Source: a virus
Virus record (IMG/VR): IMGVR_UViG_3300033149_003715
Span: 1-64,000 of that record
Reading direction: 5' to 3' (one strand)
DNA: 64,000 nt
Both the position numbers and the translations under genes were made by a program. A model generated the notes under the pieces. That model saw nothing but the letters and a program-made list of their open reading frames with translations. It had not been told where the DNA came from and did not search any database. Within the stretch, counting starts at the first letter, position 1. Each line of letters starts with the position of its first letter. Shown one piece after another: positions 46,824 to 57,377 of the stretch.

Positions 46824-47678
46824 TTATTCCTTTACTATTGACTGCCAATTATCTTGGTAACCTTTAATTTCTTCAATAATTTGATCTGGATTTTGCCGAT
46901 ACTCGTGTAATTTGCCATTAATAGTTATGGCTTCTTGATGGGTTAATTGTGTAATATGGGTAATAGAACGATTCAAAATATGTTCCACGGTTTTTTGTAC
47001 GTTTAAATTTAATTTGTCCGGCCTGCATAACGAATCTATAAACTGTATTTGAAAGGCTGTAATTTCATTTTGAGTTGGTGAATCGTATATATCGACTTTT
47101 TTCTGTGAATATTCCTCTGCCGCTATAATCTTTCTTAATTTTAATGCACGTTTATATGCTCTGCCTTCTGCTCTTGTTTCTGCAACTGCAATTGGAAAGT
47201 GTTCGTATTTATCCGTATTACCATAGTATGAATCTGCACAACCACTAAATTGCCTTCTGTCATTCTCATCGAACTCAATGGTAATATTATGCTGTACGGT
47301 AGCACGATATTTATTTTCTGGTGTTGGTGTTTGTACAATTATACTATTTGACTCAACAATTGGTCCAAGTAGTTTTTCAGTTAGCCTACGTAAACCATCT
47401 GTTGTAGGATTGTCATTAATTTTTTCATCTGGTTCTAAAAGATTTAATACATAATCATTCCATTCTGGATCTATAATATCAGGTATAATTTGATTATTTG
47501 TATTATTGTCATTAGATGAATCTTGCATATTTTTACTTTCTGCTTCTTTTAATAATTGTACCCATGCTGTTTTACCTTTAATGTTATATCGACTTAGATC
47601 ATAATTATACTTACTATGTAAGATTTCTTTAATTTCTTTCACTTTCATTTTTTGATATTCATACATATCATACCTCAA
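46824..47678 (-). CDS. Putative single-strand annealing/recombination protein (Rad52/Sak-like)
   Basis: DGLRRL...ATV...F.G.AD...AVAETRAEGRAYKRAL resembles the Rad52-fold SSAP core. Confidence 0.5.
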   Translation of the reverse strand: MRYDMYEYQKMKVKEIKEILHSKYNYDLSRYNIKGKTAWVQLLKEAESKNMQDSSNDNNTNNQIIPDIIDPEWNDYVLNLLEPDEKINDNPTTDGLRRLTEKLLGPIVESNSIIVQTPTPENKYRATVQHNITIEFDENDRRQFSGCADSYYGNTDKYEHFPIAVAETRAEGRAYKRALKLRKIIAAEEYSQKKVDIYDSPTQNEITAFQIQFIDSLCRPDKLNLNVQKTVEHILNRSITHITQLTHQEAITINGKLHEYRQNPDQIIEEIKGYQDNWQSIVKE

Positions 47679-48450
47679 TTTCGATAGTACGGTTGGATTG
47701 TTTAGTTTTAATTTTGTTAATACAATCTAAGACTTTTTGTAATATCTGACGACATTTAGTTTTAGATGGAGATTTATCGTATTTAATCCTGATAATTGAA
47801 AATCCTTTATCGAATAATAATGCTGTTTTAATTTTATCTATATGTTGACTACGTTGAAATTCGTTCAACCCCCATATCGGTTTATGGTGAGATGGTCCAT
47901 CTACTTCAATTGCAATACCAAGTGTTGGTAATAATAAATCAATATGAATTTTATCATTAGCAACGATGTATTGTTTATGTTTTTCAACTACATATTTTAA
48001 TTTTTTAAGTTCGCTGAATAAAAATTTTTCCAGTTTTGATCCTTCTTTCGCGGCTTTTCTTATTGCGTCTTGAGCTATTTTTGTAAATTGTTGTCTACTT
48101 TTAATATCCCTGCTATTCCATCGTTGTTTAGCTGCTTCACTTAATTTAGTTAGTGTTTCTTTATCAATTTTTTGCCATGCTTTGGCCCTGCTTTCGCCTA
48201 TTTTGTATTTGGTTTGTTTATCGTGATGTTTACCTTTTGTTGGATGCAGTCGTCTACCAAGTTTAAGAGAAATTTTTTGAGCTTCCGATTGTGTTCTTGG
48301 CTTAAAACCTACTTTGTATGCTTTACGTCTTATATAATTAGCATATGTACCAAGTTCTTCTGCGATCATATTAAAGCTTTTACCTTTTTGGTTATACTCA
48401 CGCTCAAAAAAATCGTATGTTAACTTATTTTCTAATTCATGCTTTTTCAT
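47668..48450 (-). CDS. Vsr/DUF559-like endonuclease with N-terminal HTH/NUMOD-like segment
   Basis: SKLE...IDL...IAIEVDGPSH...DKIK...GFSIIRI. Confidence 0.8.
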   Translation of the reverse strand: MKKHELENKLTYDFFEREYNQKGKSFNMIAEELGTYANYIRRKAYKVGFKPRTQSEAQKISLKLGRRLHPTKGKHHDKQTKYKIGESRAKAWQKIDKETLTKLSEAAKQRWNSRDIKSRQQFTKIAQDAIRKAAKEGSKLEKFLFSELKKLKYVVEKHKQYIVANDKIHIDLLLPTLGIAIEVDGPSHHKPIWGLNEFQRSQHIDKIKTALLFDKGFSIIRIKYDKSPSKTKCRQILQKVLDCINKIKTKQSNRTIEIEV

Positions 48451-48919
48451 AATTAAATATTAATTCGATAATTTGAGTATAGTTGAAGTTTGGAATAATT
48501 GCTATTGGTTTTTTCCAGCATTTAGTTAAAACATCAGCATGTAATTTACTTCGTGCAATTAAATGTATACTATCATTATTGTATATTTTATTTAGATGCT
48601 TAAAGATTAATTGTTTCATATTTAACCATTCTAAATCCATAACATAAAAAAACTTTTGTTCAGTACCAATACATTTCATCATATATTGTGTGGTTTCTAT
48701 GTTTGTAGATATAAGGGGACCATTAAATCTCCAAGCTTCTACCAAAGGCATCATGGCAAACAACGGTGTAAGAACATGTTGGTAATAATCACTATAAAAT
48801 ACAATTGGATCATAATATCCAATATTTTTATCCTCCACTAAATTATTCATATTTTTAGTGATAAGTAAACCTTGTTGTGAAATATCTAACGCATAAGTTA
48901 ATATGCCAAATTTATTCAT
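48437..48919 (-). CDS. Glycosyltransferase-cluster protein (GT-B N-domain-like)
   Basis: KFFYVMDLEW...LIARS...IIPN resembles a GT-B N-terminal Rossmann half. Confidence 0.45.
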   Translation of the reverse strand: MNKFGILTYALDISQQGLLITKNMNNLVEDKNIGYYDPIVFYSDYYQHVLTPLFAMMPLVEAWRFNGPLISTNIETTQYMMKCIGTEQKFFYVMDLEWLNMKQLIFKHLNKIYNNDSIHLIARSKLHADVLTKCWKKPIAIIPNFNYTQIIELIFNYEKA

Positions 48920-48928
48920 GCTAAATTC

Positions 48929-49789
48929 CTATGATATTTCTAGTTGTTGAAGAATGGCATCAACTTGATGACAATATGTATTATCTTGTATATTTTTATT
49001 GGCTGTTCTGGTCCATAATTGTCGTTCATCGTTATTATATAGATAAAATCGAATATGATCTATTAATGCTTTATAGTATTTGTTGTACGCTTCGTTATCA
49101 TTTAATAATGCATCCATACCAATAAATGGGTAGTAACCATTATTACGATTAGATATTGCAAAACCATTATTATATGCTACATCATACAACGAATTATTAT
49201 CAAAATCCAGTGTAATTTGGGCCGATGTAAAAAAATTGGCCGTTTCTTCTAAAGATGTTTGTCCTAAATATTCTACAAATGGTATTGTATATGGTCCAAT
49301 AATTTTTATTTGTAAATTTGTACCATTAGCTATATTTGTTAGTGTTTGTAGAATAAAGTCGTTTGGTGCAATATTTGATACATATAATAATTGTGTAGCT
49401 AATTTTGGATCATAAATACCGCTGTGATATTGTTTGCTATTGGCGGCATTGTGTAATGTAAGATATTTTCGTAAAGAGTCTATGATTGGTTGTTCAGTAT
49501 TTAATCCACATATAAGGTCTGGATTAAGTTCATCAATCAATGTTGCGGGAATAGGGCATGAGTCACATAAAACCAGTTTATATTGTTGCCTATATTCTTG
49601 AAGTGCTTTTTTAACAATGGAATCAATTGACGACGTATGACAAATAACAATATCAGGATTCATTTCTATCATCATATCATACGCGGGTTTAATTTGTGTA
49701 TTCCATATAATAGTTTGGTGCAATGCAGTAAAACTAGCAGCAATGCCGTTAAGAATCAAATTATTAGTATTTGTGATAACAACTTTCAT
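48929..49789 (-). CDS. Putative glycosyltransferase (YkvP/CgeB-like GT-B)
   Basis: PDIVI, LHNAAN, C-terminal ..ER......NTY.HQV..IL pattern. Confidence 0.6.
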   Translation of the reverse strand: MKVVITNTNNLILNGIAASFTALHQTIIWNTQIKPAYDMMIEMNPDIVICHTSSIDSIVKKALQEYRQQYKLVLCDSCPIPATLIDELNPDLICGLNTEQPIIDSLRKYLTLHNAANSKQYHSGIYDPKLATQLLYVSNIAPNDFILQTLTNIANGTNLQIKIIGPYTIPFVEYLGQTSLEETANFFTSAQITLDFDNNSLYDVAYNNGFAISNRNNGYYPFIGMDALLNDNEAYNKYYKALIDHIRFYLYNNDERQLWTRTANKNIQDNTYCHQVDAILQQLEIS

Positions 49790-49796
49790 TTGTGAT

Positions 49797-50531
49797 TTAA
49801 TTTCTACATCTAAGAATTTTTCTTGCTATAAACATATCTTTCATACAATCTACATCATTTACTTTCATTTTTGGTGGACTTATCGCATAAATTTTACTAC
49901 CATGTTCAATCATTTTATTAAGTGCTTCGAACGTATATGTATTTTCGTTTGTTTTATCCCAACAGATTTCTTTAAACAAAGACAATTCATCACCAGTAAG
50001 ATATAATATTTGTGCCCACTTATTAGGTAAATCATAAATCATATGTTGCAATTTATCATCTACAATTGTACATCCTACTTCGTTGTTTGTCATGTAACCA
50101 GATTTATCAATAAGGATATAAGATTTACTTCTTCGCGGAAAATTCAAAGCATGTATATTAAAAACTAAATCGCCATAAATGATGATTACACGATTAGATG
50201 TTGCCGCTCTTAAACCTATACCTAAACTTCTAACTACATTTGTTGTTTCATATCTTTCATTTTCTACTTGTATAATATTATTTGGCATTAAATTCATAAT
50301 TTGTTCAGATTTGTAGCCAGTTACCAAAACGATTTCATAATTTCCATTTAAGGCTTTATGTATGGTATTTAATTGATGTGTAATAATATTTATATTTGGT
50401 GTAATTTGCAATAATGATTTCGGTCCGTAAGATTGAATTCTCCAACCTATACCAGCAGCGGGAATAATAACACTACATTTAATTGATTTACTGGGTTGAT
50501 TTTGTTTTATGGTATGGATATATTTAGGCAT
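49797..50531 (-). CDS. Sugar/phosphocholine nucleotidyltransferase (LicC/GlmU-like)
   Basis: IIPAAGIGWR...PKSLL, VTGYK, N..YETTN...SL, YGDLVF, DVD. Confidence 0.85.
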   Translation of the reverse strand: MPKYIHTIKQNQPSKSIKCSVIIPAAGIGWRIQSYGPKSLLQITPNINIITHQLNTIHKALNGNYEIVLVTGYKSEQIMNLMPNNIIQVENERYETTNVVRSLGIGLRAATSNRVIIIYGDLVFNIHALNFPRRSKSYILIDKSGYMTNNEVGCTIVDDKLQHMIYDLPNKWAQILYLTGDELSLFKEICWDKTNENTYTFEALNKMIEHGSKIYAISPPKMKVNDVDCMKDMFIARKILRCRN

Positions 50532-50533
50532 AT

Positions 50534-51094
50534 TTAATTGTCAATATACTGTTGAAAAAATGATAAATCATGAGCAATATTTTCTTTAGTGGTATGTTGT
50601 GTAGTAAATAATAATTCGGGAATATGAAACATTACTGTTGATCTACACAATCTATATAACATATCCATAAAATATAGATACCGCAATTGTTCATTAAATA
50701 ACTCAAATTTATTCAACTTAAAAAATAATGGACAATTTATTCTGTATTTACGAATTTTGTCATAGTGGTATGATGGATATAATAATATATTTTTACCATG
50801 TTCATCAATATAATATTGATCTGAATATATTCCGTTAATTTCTGGATATTCTTTGAACATATCAACGATATGTGTAATACTGTCTTTAGCAGCAAAATTA
50901 TTATATGGTGATAAAAATCCATAGATAACATCTTTGTCCTTTTGGAAATTCTCTTTAATTGTTTCATTAAATGCTACCGGAGGATTTTTCTTATTATTTA
51001 TAAAATTTACAAACGGATAATCTTGTTTAATTAGTGATTGTGTGCCAGCAACAGTAACAATCACTTCCGGATTTATGTTAGTAGATTCGGACAT
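50534..51094 (-). CDS. Putative GT-A (GT2-like) glycosyltransferase, divergent
   Basis: AFNETI, IYSD, FNEQL.....D...RL......HIPE.LF. Confidence 0.6.
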   Translation of the reverse strand: MSESTNINPEVIVTVAGTQSLIKQDYPFVNFINNKKNPPVAFNETIKENFQKDKDVIYGFLSPYNNFAAKDSITHIVDMFKEYPEINGIYSDQYYIDEHGKNILLYPSYHYDKIRKYRINCPLFFKLNKFELFNEQLRYLYFMDMLYRLCRSTVMFHIPELLFTTQHTTKENIAHDLSFFQQYIDN

Positions 51095-51828
51095 AAGTTT
51101 TCTATACTTTCTATATCTATTTGATCCTTTTCTATTTTATCTATAAGTGGTTCTTGTGCGTGTCCATTATACATTTTATGTACCAAATAATGTACTATAT
51201 AACCATTACCATCTTGGTTTGGTTTTAAGATAGTTAATTGGTATAATTTTTTATATACTAAGTCATTTAATGTAGAAAAAAAGAATTTATCAATTCTGCA
51301 TCCAGCATTAAACACTGCATAATACATATGATGTATAATATCCACAACAAAATCAATTAAATTACCAAAAGTAGTTTGTGAATTAATAGTATTTTGCAAT
51401 CTCCATTTAATTTTTAATGGCTTAAGTAATTCGAGTAGTACAGTGTTAGATATTAAGCTATTAAATGGTTTGATAATTGTAATATGTTGTGTTGGTAGTG
51501 TTTGTTGCAATACATCATTTAAAGTGTTTTTTATTTGATCTAAGTTGTTATTAGCAATAATGATGGCTTGATAGTTTAGGCGATTTTCTTTATTTAATAC
51601 TGCTTTTTGTTCTTCTAATGTTCGATTGTATGCGTGCCATATTTTTGTGCGAAAATTATGACATATACGACCCTGAATTACATAAAATTCTTTATCTTCA
51701 TCATATGCTTCTAACACTGTTGTTTTAATGTTACGAAATTGTTCTAGTGTATTTAGAATACATCCAATTTGCGTATGTTGTTTGTATTGTGCAAAAATAC
51801 ATTCCTTGCATGGAGTATCCAATTTCAT
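51073..51828 (-). CDS. Putative GT2-like protein with N-terminal Cys motif
   Basis: CKECIFA...GC; TLNDVLQQTLP resembles a GT2 start. Confidence 0.5.
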   Translation of the reverse strand: MKLDTPCKECIFAQYKQHTQIGCILNTLEQFRNIKTTVLEAYDEDKEFYVIQGRICHNFRTKIWHAYNRTLEEQKAVLNKENRLNYQAIIIANNNLDQIKNTLNDVLQQTLPTQHITIIKPFNSLISNTVLLELLKPLKIKWRLQNTINSQTTFGNLIDFVVDIIHHMYYAVFNAGCRIDKFFFSTLNDLVYKKLYQLTILKPNQDGNGYIVHYLVHKMYNGHAQEPLIDKIEKDQIDIESIENLCPNLLT

Positions 51829-52289
51829 TTTGAATCCTTTGGGAGTGGTTTTTTGGCTATAATAGTATAACTTAAATGAAATAATTTTGAGAATATAATA
51901 GCTAATCCATAAGTTTTAAGTAATTTTTTCATTTCTAGTAAACTACTAACTGATTGTTTGCCATTATATAAATAGTATTGAATTTTAGTTATATCTTTAG
52001 AGGATTGATGTATTATACTATTTAAATCGTTGCCATCTATAATTAATTCTCCATTGGGTTTTAGTTTTTGTACGATAGATTGTAAAATTTGTTCTCTGTT
52101 CGATATATAATCTAAACGATCTCCTAAATAAATGAATTCGCAAGTGTTATTTGGTATCATATATTTAATACTATATATGTTAATTGGAATACATTCGTCA
52201 TACACTGACGATGATTGGGTTGCCGGAAAAATCGGAATATATTCGTTATATGGTGTTAGTATCCCGGGTACAGTTATTCTTATTTTCAT
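51825..52289 (-). CDS. Methyltransferase-fold-like protein (paralog A)
   Basis: I...D.LDY....QIL..I..KLKPNGELII resembles the class I MTase C-half. Confidence 0.5.
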   Translation of the reverse strand: MKIRITVPGILTPYNEYIPIFPATQSSSVYDECIPINIYSIKYMIPNNTCEFIYLGDRLDYISNREQILQSIVQKLKPNGELIIDGNDLNSIIHQSSKDITKIQYYLYNGKQSVSSLLEMKKLLKTYGLAIIFSKLFHLSYTIIAKKPLPKDSK

Positions 52290-52710
52290 AATTTGGAAAT
52301 GGCCTTTTAGCTGTAATAGTATAACTCCAATTTACTAATTTTGATAGCACAATAGTTAATCCGTACATTCTAAGTAATTCTTTCATTGTTGGTAAATTAC
52401 TAATAGACTGTCTTCCGTTATATAAATATTGTTGAATATTATCTACATTTAAATGAAGACCACCATGTAATCTATATACTATATCAGTTAAGTCATTTCC
52501 TTCCACAATAAGTTTTCCATCATATTTTAATTTTTGTACTATTAATTCCAAGTAATGTTGTCTATTTGGAACATAATCTAAACAATCTTCTAAGTAAATA
52601 AAATCACATATGCTATCAGGCACCATATGTTTTACATCTTGTATGTTGATTGGTATACATTCATTATATAGCCGCGTTTGCCTATTAGGTAAAATAATTT
52701 TAATCTTCAT
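52246..52710 (-). CDS. Methyltransferase-fold-like protein (paralog B)
   Basis: Clear paralog of 51825-52289 (LDY..NR...L..IVQKLK..G.LI..GNDL; YLYNG.QS). Confidence 0.5.
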   Translation of the reverse strand: MKIKIILPNRQTRLYNECIPINIQDVKHMVPDSICDFIYLEDCLDYVPNRQHYLELIVQKLKYDGKLIVEGNDLTDIVYRLHGGLHLNVDNIQQYLYNGRQSISNLPTMKELLRMYGLTIVLSKLVNWSYTITAKRPFPNYENKNNCTRDTNTI

Positions 52711-53705
52711 TAATTTTTCCTTATATATACAGTTTGTGCAATGTCTTCAAAATAGTTGTCCCATTGTTGACAAAAAGTTTCTAAATTAGACAATTGACTT
52801 AATGCTAATTTTTGATATTTTACACTCAAAGCATCCAATGTATTTGTTCTATATTGTATAACTTTATTAATAATTTTTGCCAAATCATCTAAAGTTTTAA
52901 AGGTCATAATTTCTTTTTGATTTATAAAATTATTTGTGGCTGAAATGGGAATACATCCGGCGGCCATACCTAAATATAATGTAAGCGGATAACATTCTTC
53001 TTTGCCAATGTTGATTACAAATCGTGATTCACTCAATATTTTTATTGCTTGATCGTATGACATTGTATTAGAAATATCTTTATTATCCCCAATGATTAGA
53101 ATAGGTATCTTAATTGTGTTAATAATTTTATATAACTTGGCATATTCAGATTGTGAAAATTGCCCAATAATAATAGCTTGTGTTTTCTTGTTCGACAATT
53201 TATCTGTTATATCTATATTTGGAATACCATATTTAATAACATGATAATTTTTATTCCAGGATTTGTTAATTATATCATTTACTACAACTGTAAAATCCGG
53301 TTGTTGTTGTTTTTCTATAAGAAATATATCTTCTAACTTCATAATACTCATAGGCGATGTATGTTCAATTATTAGCAATGGCAAATGTAATACATCTGAC
53401 AACTGCTGTGCATATGAATATTGTTCAAGTCTATCATTACACACAATTAGGTCAAAATCTATACTAATTGGTAATGTTTTGTATTCTTGTAAAGGATGAA
53501 AATTTGAGCCGGGATTATATAGTGTAGTGTCCCATTTAATGTATGAGTGTTGAATACAACCATAAAATTTGTGCGTACTACCTTGAAATAATAAATGTTC
53601 AAACAGTCCGTTATATGGAAACCATAATATGTTAAGAGGTTTTGTTTTATATATAGCAGATTTTATAACGTGATTTGTAGGAAATGTCACAAATAATCCT
53701 TTCAC
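52710..53705 (-). CDS. Glycosyltransferase, GT-B (GT4-like)
   Basis: FDLIVCN, VIKYGI, RFVIN....E..P......MAAGCIPI. Confidence 0.75.
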   Translation of the reverse strand: MKGLFVTFPTNHVIKSAIYKTKPLNILWFPYNGLFEHLLFQGSTHKFYGCIQHSYIKWDTTLYNPGSNFHPLQEYKTLPISIDFDLIVCNDRLEQYSYAQQLSDVLHLPLLIIEHTSPMSIMKLEDIFLIEKQQQPDFTVVVNDIINKSWNKNYHVIKYGIPNIDITDKLSNKKTQAIIIGQFSQSEYAKLYKIINTIKIPILIIGDNKDISNTMSYDQAIKILSESRFVINIGKEECYPLTLYLGMAAGCIPISATNNFINQKEIMTFKTLDDLAKIINKVIQYRTNTLDALSVKYQKLALSQLSNLETFCQQWDNYFEDIAQTVYIRKN

Positions 53706-54829
53706 TTAATCAGTTGTCCAATTTGTTGTCCAACATTAGTATAACTTAATTTTTGAACTGCATCACGTCCGACTTGTTGTTTATGTACCTTTTCTAAACC
53801 AGTTAATTCATATGCTTGTCTCATTGCTTTTTGAAGTGCTAATATATCAATTTCTGACCACAGTTCCCATCCAGTATATAATTGAGGTAATGGTTTGTGT
53901 TCAGTATAAACTGGAATACGATGACTTGGTACAACATATCCTTCTACATTAGAGATAAAAGATGTCATACCTGTATTATCTGTAACAATAGGAGTATTAC
54001 CAAAACCCATAGCATCTATTGCAGGACGACAAAATGCCTCTCCATATGATGGCATAACAAAACAATCACATATTTGGTGTAATGCATACAATTCTTCATA
54101 TGTAAGATGTTCTGTGATAAGTAATTCAGAATGATAATATTCTATGTTATGATATAAACCTAACTGTTTTTTAAATTGTAAAATGTCTTTTTGTACTTGT
54201 TGCGTTAAATCATCTGGCGAAACACCACCTAGATTTGTTTTAATAATTAAATTAACTGGTTCTGATCTACTAAATTCTCTATGAAATGCTGTCAAAAGTG
54301 CTTTAATATTTTTACGGGCAATGTATTCACCAATAAAGTAAAAATTAAACTTGTTTTCTAATTCATAGTTCTTCCACGGTGTAATGTCGTATTCCTTATT
54401 AAATTTGGTAACATCTATTGGTTCACTAATATTATGTATAGGAATATTTACACCACTTTCTTTTAAATTTTGTTTTTCTTGTGTACTTGGTACCCATAAT
54501 TCATCCACTTGATTAATGTAGTATGGCCAATTTGTATTTTTTAAGTTTGCGGTTTCAAATGTACACAAACAAATCGTTTTATGAAAATCATTAGAAAACT
54601 CTAATAAATGTGGTAATACTTTTTGTATGACAACATCGTACTCAGTGTTTATTTTCTGTTCTAATCTTTTTAATTTTTCTGGAATATGTGGTCGTACACT
54701 ATTTGTCATCCATATTGGTCGCAAAGTAATATCACAATTTGTATGAGTTAAAGCTAATGCATAGTCGTATGCAGCTTCACCCCAACCTGTATAACTTCGG
54801 TATGGTGCTACAAATAAAACTTTTTTCAT
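53702..54829 (-). CDS. Glycosyltransferase family 4
   Basis: TGWG, DELWVPS, RKNIKAL, CDCFVMPSYGEAFCRPAIDAMGFG. Confidence 0.9.
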   Translation of the reverse strand: MKKVLFVAPYRSYTGWGEAAYDYALALTHTNCDITLRPIWMTNSVRPHIPEKLKRLEQKINTEYDVVIQKVLPHLLEFSNDFHKTICLCTFETANLKNTNWPYYINQVDELWVPSTQEKQNLKESGVNIPIHNISEPIDVTKFNKEYDITPWKNYELENKFNFYFIGEYIARKNIKALLTAFHREFSRSEPVNLIIKTNLGGVSPDDLTQQVQKDILQFKKQLGLYHNIEYYHSELLITEHLTYEELYALHQICDCFVMPSYGEAFCRPAIDAMGFGNTPIVTDNTGMTSFISNVEGYVVPSHRIPVYTEHKPLPQLYTGWELWSEIDILALQKAMRQAYELTGLEKVHKQQVGRDAVQKLSYTNVGQQIGQLIK

Positions 54830-56505
54830 TGATTAACTTTTTCTTTTAAATGGGCATATTGAATAAAATCTTCATTTGGTAACGTAGTTAAACCACACCT
54901 AATTTGTTCACATTTATTATGTATTGTGGCTTTTAGAGCAAAATTTTTAAATATATCTTCTCGCGTAATTTTTTCTAGTTTATTATTGTGTTTTACCGCC
55001 CCATGATTCAAATCACGTAAAATTTCCATTGCGAATCTACTATTAACTTGGTTTGGACGATTCCAAATATTAGTAATTATCCATGTAATAAATTGTTTGT
55101 TATTAAGTTTTTGTGTGTATTCTGGTAATGATGGTGGTATTTTAATAAATCGTGGTGGATGATTCCATTTACCCTGTAAATCTTTTAAGACTACATTATC
55201 AAAATAATCTTCCCAAATTTTTGCGGTGTTATCCCAATTATAATATTTTTCGACTGCTCGTCGTGCTTTTTGTTGATATAATATTTTTTTGTCTTCTGGT
55301 AAATTGAGATATTGATAAATAAAATTTGCACAATATTCGTTATCTGGTAATGCTCTATATGAATGACTTTCTAACTCACGAAACATTCTCTGAATTTTAA
55401 GTGGAAAACCATCAGTATATTTAATAATATCTGTTGTAGCACTATAATCTACTGAAGCTAATGGAACACCACATGCTGCTGCTTCTGTTAAACCAAGTCC
55501 AAATCCTTCACAAATTGCATATTGAATATATAAATCAAATAATTTATAAATATCTGTAAGTTCTTTTCTTGATATACCTTCATGCGGCGATGGTAGTACA
55601 GCAGCAACAGAATTACAGTGTGGACAAACAGTGCGACCATCTTGAAAAAATGATGAAAACGGTTTTTTACATGCTCTACATTTATAAGTAAAAATAACTT
55701 TGTGACCAATACATTCTTCTGCTAATAATTTTGGGATATCCCATCCTGCTCCTTCTGGATATGTAGTATGACAATATAAAAATGTTTTGTGTGCCAAGTC
55801 TGTTTGATTGTTTGCATAACATTTTTCTAAAAATAACCGAAAAGATCGAAATAAGTCTGCAAATAATTTGCGTTTTTGATTACGCATTACTGTACCAATA
55901 ATAAAAGAATCTGGATCAATGCCCTTATCAATTTTATACTGTCTTTTGTCTTTTGGTGGACAAGATTGAACCAAATCTACCCCCGGTCGTGCAGCACTAT
56001 ATAGATTAATTTTTCCATGTCCTTCTTTTGCCAATTCTTTCATATTCCAATCTGTATATGTAAATATACTGTCTACTCCCATATACGTTTCTATCCATTC
56101 ATCTTTTTGTGGCATACTGTCTGCTGTAACCATCCAAACCCAATGAAAAAACGGTCTTAATGGAGAATCTGTAATATATGCATCCATCCAATAATCTCTA
56201 ATACCAAAAACAATATCGGGCTTAAAATCTAATAATACTTTTTCAAAACGCCACATTCCAAATTCATTTATTTGTTGTGATTTGTATTGTTTATATCTTG
56301 GATCTGTTTTTTGTACAGTATTTGCATAAAATCTCCATTTAATATCTCTGTCGCGTGGATCATTAATTGCTCCATAACTAGCAAATTCTGCCAAATGATA
56401 TTTATTGGTATTATATAAGCGTGACAAAATTTCTTTTGCATATGTGCCAAATCCACTAGCTAAATATGATGCTTCACCAACGAATAATATTTTTTTCTTG
56501 GTCAT
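54826..56505 (-). CDS. Glycosyltransferase family 4 with Zn-ribbon insert
   Basis: SGFG, PDIV, RNQKRK, CRAC..CPHC, FDLYIQYAICEGFGLGLTEAAACGVP. Confidence 0.9.
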   Translation of the reverse strand: MTKKKILFVGEASYLASGFGTYAKEILSRLYNTNKYHLAEFASYGAINDPRDRDIKWRFYANTVQKTDPRYKQYKSQQINEFGMWRFEKVLLDFKPDIVFGIRDYWMDAYITDSPLRPFFHWVWMVTADSMPQKDEWIETYMGVDSIFTYTDWNMKELAKEGHGKINLYSAARPGVDLVQSCPPKDKRQYKIDKGIDPDSFIIGTVMRNQKRKLFADLFRSFRLFLEKCYANNQTDLAHKTFLYCHTTYPEGAGWDIPKLLAEECIGHKVIFTYKCRACKKPFSSFFQDGRTVCPHCNSVAAVLPSPHEGISRKELTDIYKLFDLYIQYAICEGFGLGLTEAAACGVPLASVDYSATTDIIKYTDGFPLKIQRMFRELESHSYRALPDNEYCANFIYQYLNLPEDKKILYQQKARRAVEKYYNWDNTAKIWEDYFDNVVLKDLQGKWNHPPRFIKIPPSLPEYTQKLNNKQFITWIITNIWNRPNQVNSRFAMEILRDLNHGAVKHNNKLEKITREDIFKNFALKATIHNKCEQIRCGLTTLPNEDFIQYAHLKEKVNQ

Positions 56506-56967
56506 TTATTTATTCGCTTTTTTGATTTTTGAAATAGCATTATGATAAATTTTACTACTTTGTTTTCTGTTTTTTATAGAAGGTATTAATTTACTAATTT
56601 CAGTAAAATTATAGCCTTGACATTTAAGATTAACAACTGTAAATTCTGTATTTGTTAAGCAAGATGGAATCAATTCTTGAAAACCCATTGTTTCTAAATA
56701 AGTACATGTATCAACATTATAGTGATTACATTTTTTATGTTTATAACAATATTTAATATATTTGATAATTTCATTACGAATATACATCCATGCTACAGTT
56801 GAAAATTTATTTTTGCGAGATGAATCATAATTTTGAAATGCTTTTACTAATCCAAGATAACCATATTGTATAAATTCATCCAACTCTGTTGAGTTAGATG
56901 GGTGCAAACTTTTAGCTAAATGTATGACCAATTTAGTATATTGTGTAACAAATTGATCCGTAATCAT
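56506..56967 (-). CDS. Sigma-70-family sigma factor (regions 2 and 4)
   Basis: DEFIQYGYLGLVKAFQNYD...FSTVAWMYIRNEI; LT..E..V......GYNFTEIS. Confidence 0.85.
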   Translation of the reverse strand: MITDQFVTQYTKLVIHLAKSLHPSNSTELDEFIQYGYLGLVKAFQNYDSSRKNKFSTVAWMYIRNEIIKYIKYCYKHKKCNHYNVDTCTYLETMGFQELIPSCLTNTEFTVVNLKCQGYNFTEISKLIPSIKNRKQSSKIYHNAISKIKKANK

Positions 56968-57344
56968 TAAAAAGATGTTGATTTGGTTTCATCATTAGTA
57001 GATACATCAGACGATGGTTTTCGATATAAAATATCAAAGTTTGTAATTCTAACTTTCATTCTAGAACGTTTTTGTCCATCAGTTTCCCATGTTTCCATTT
57101 TCAGAGATCCTTCAATGAGTACCGGAGATCCTTTAACCAATCTATCACCAATCGTTTTAGCTCCACTGTCCCAAGCCTCACACGGTACAAAAGTTGTTTC
57201 TGTTTCATAATTACCATTGGCTTTACGATATCGTCTAGAAACTGCTACTACAATGTTAGCAACAGTAACATTACGATCCCCAATTTGAACAACTTTTACG
57301 TCTGGATCTCGTGCTAAATTACCATGTAAGATTACTTTGTTCAT
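56967..57344 (-). CDS. ssb: Single-stranded DNA-binding protein
   Basis: MNKVILHGNLARDP...KGSPVLIEGSL...WETDGQKRS; AAGGAG RBS before ATG 57344. Confidence 0.92.
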   Translation of the reverse strand: MNKVILHGNLARDPDVKVVQIGDRNVTVANIVVAVSRRYRKANGNYETETTFVPCEAWDSGAKTIGDRLVKGSPVLIEGSLKMETWETDGQKRSRMKVRITNFDILYRKPSSDVSTNDETKSTSF

Positions 57345-57377
57345 TGATAACTCCTTATTAGTAGTGTTAGTTGTACT

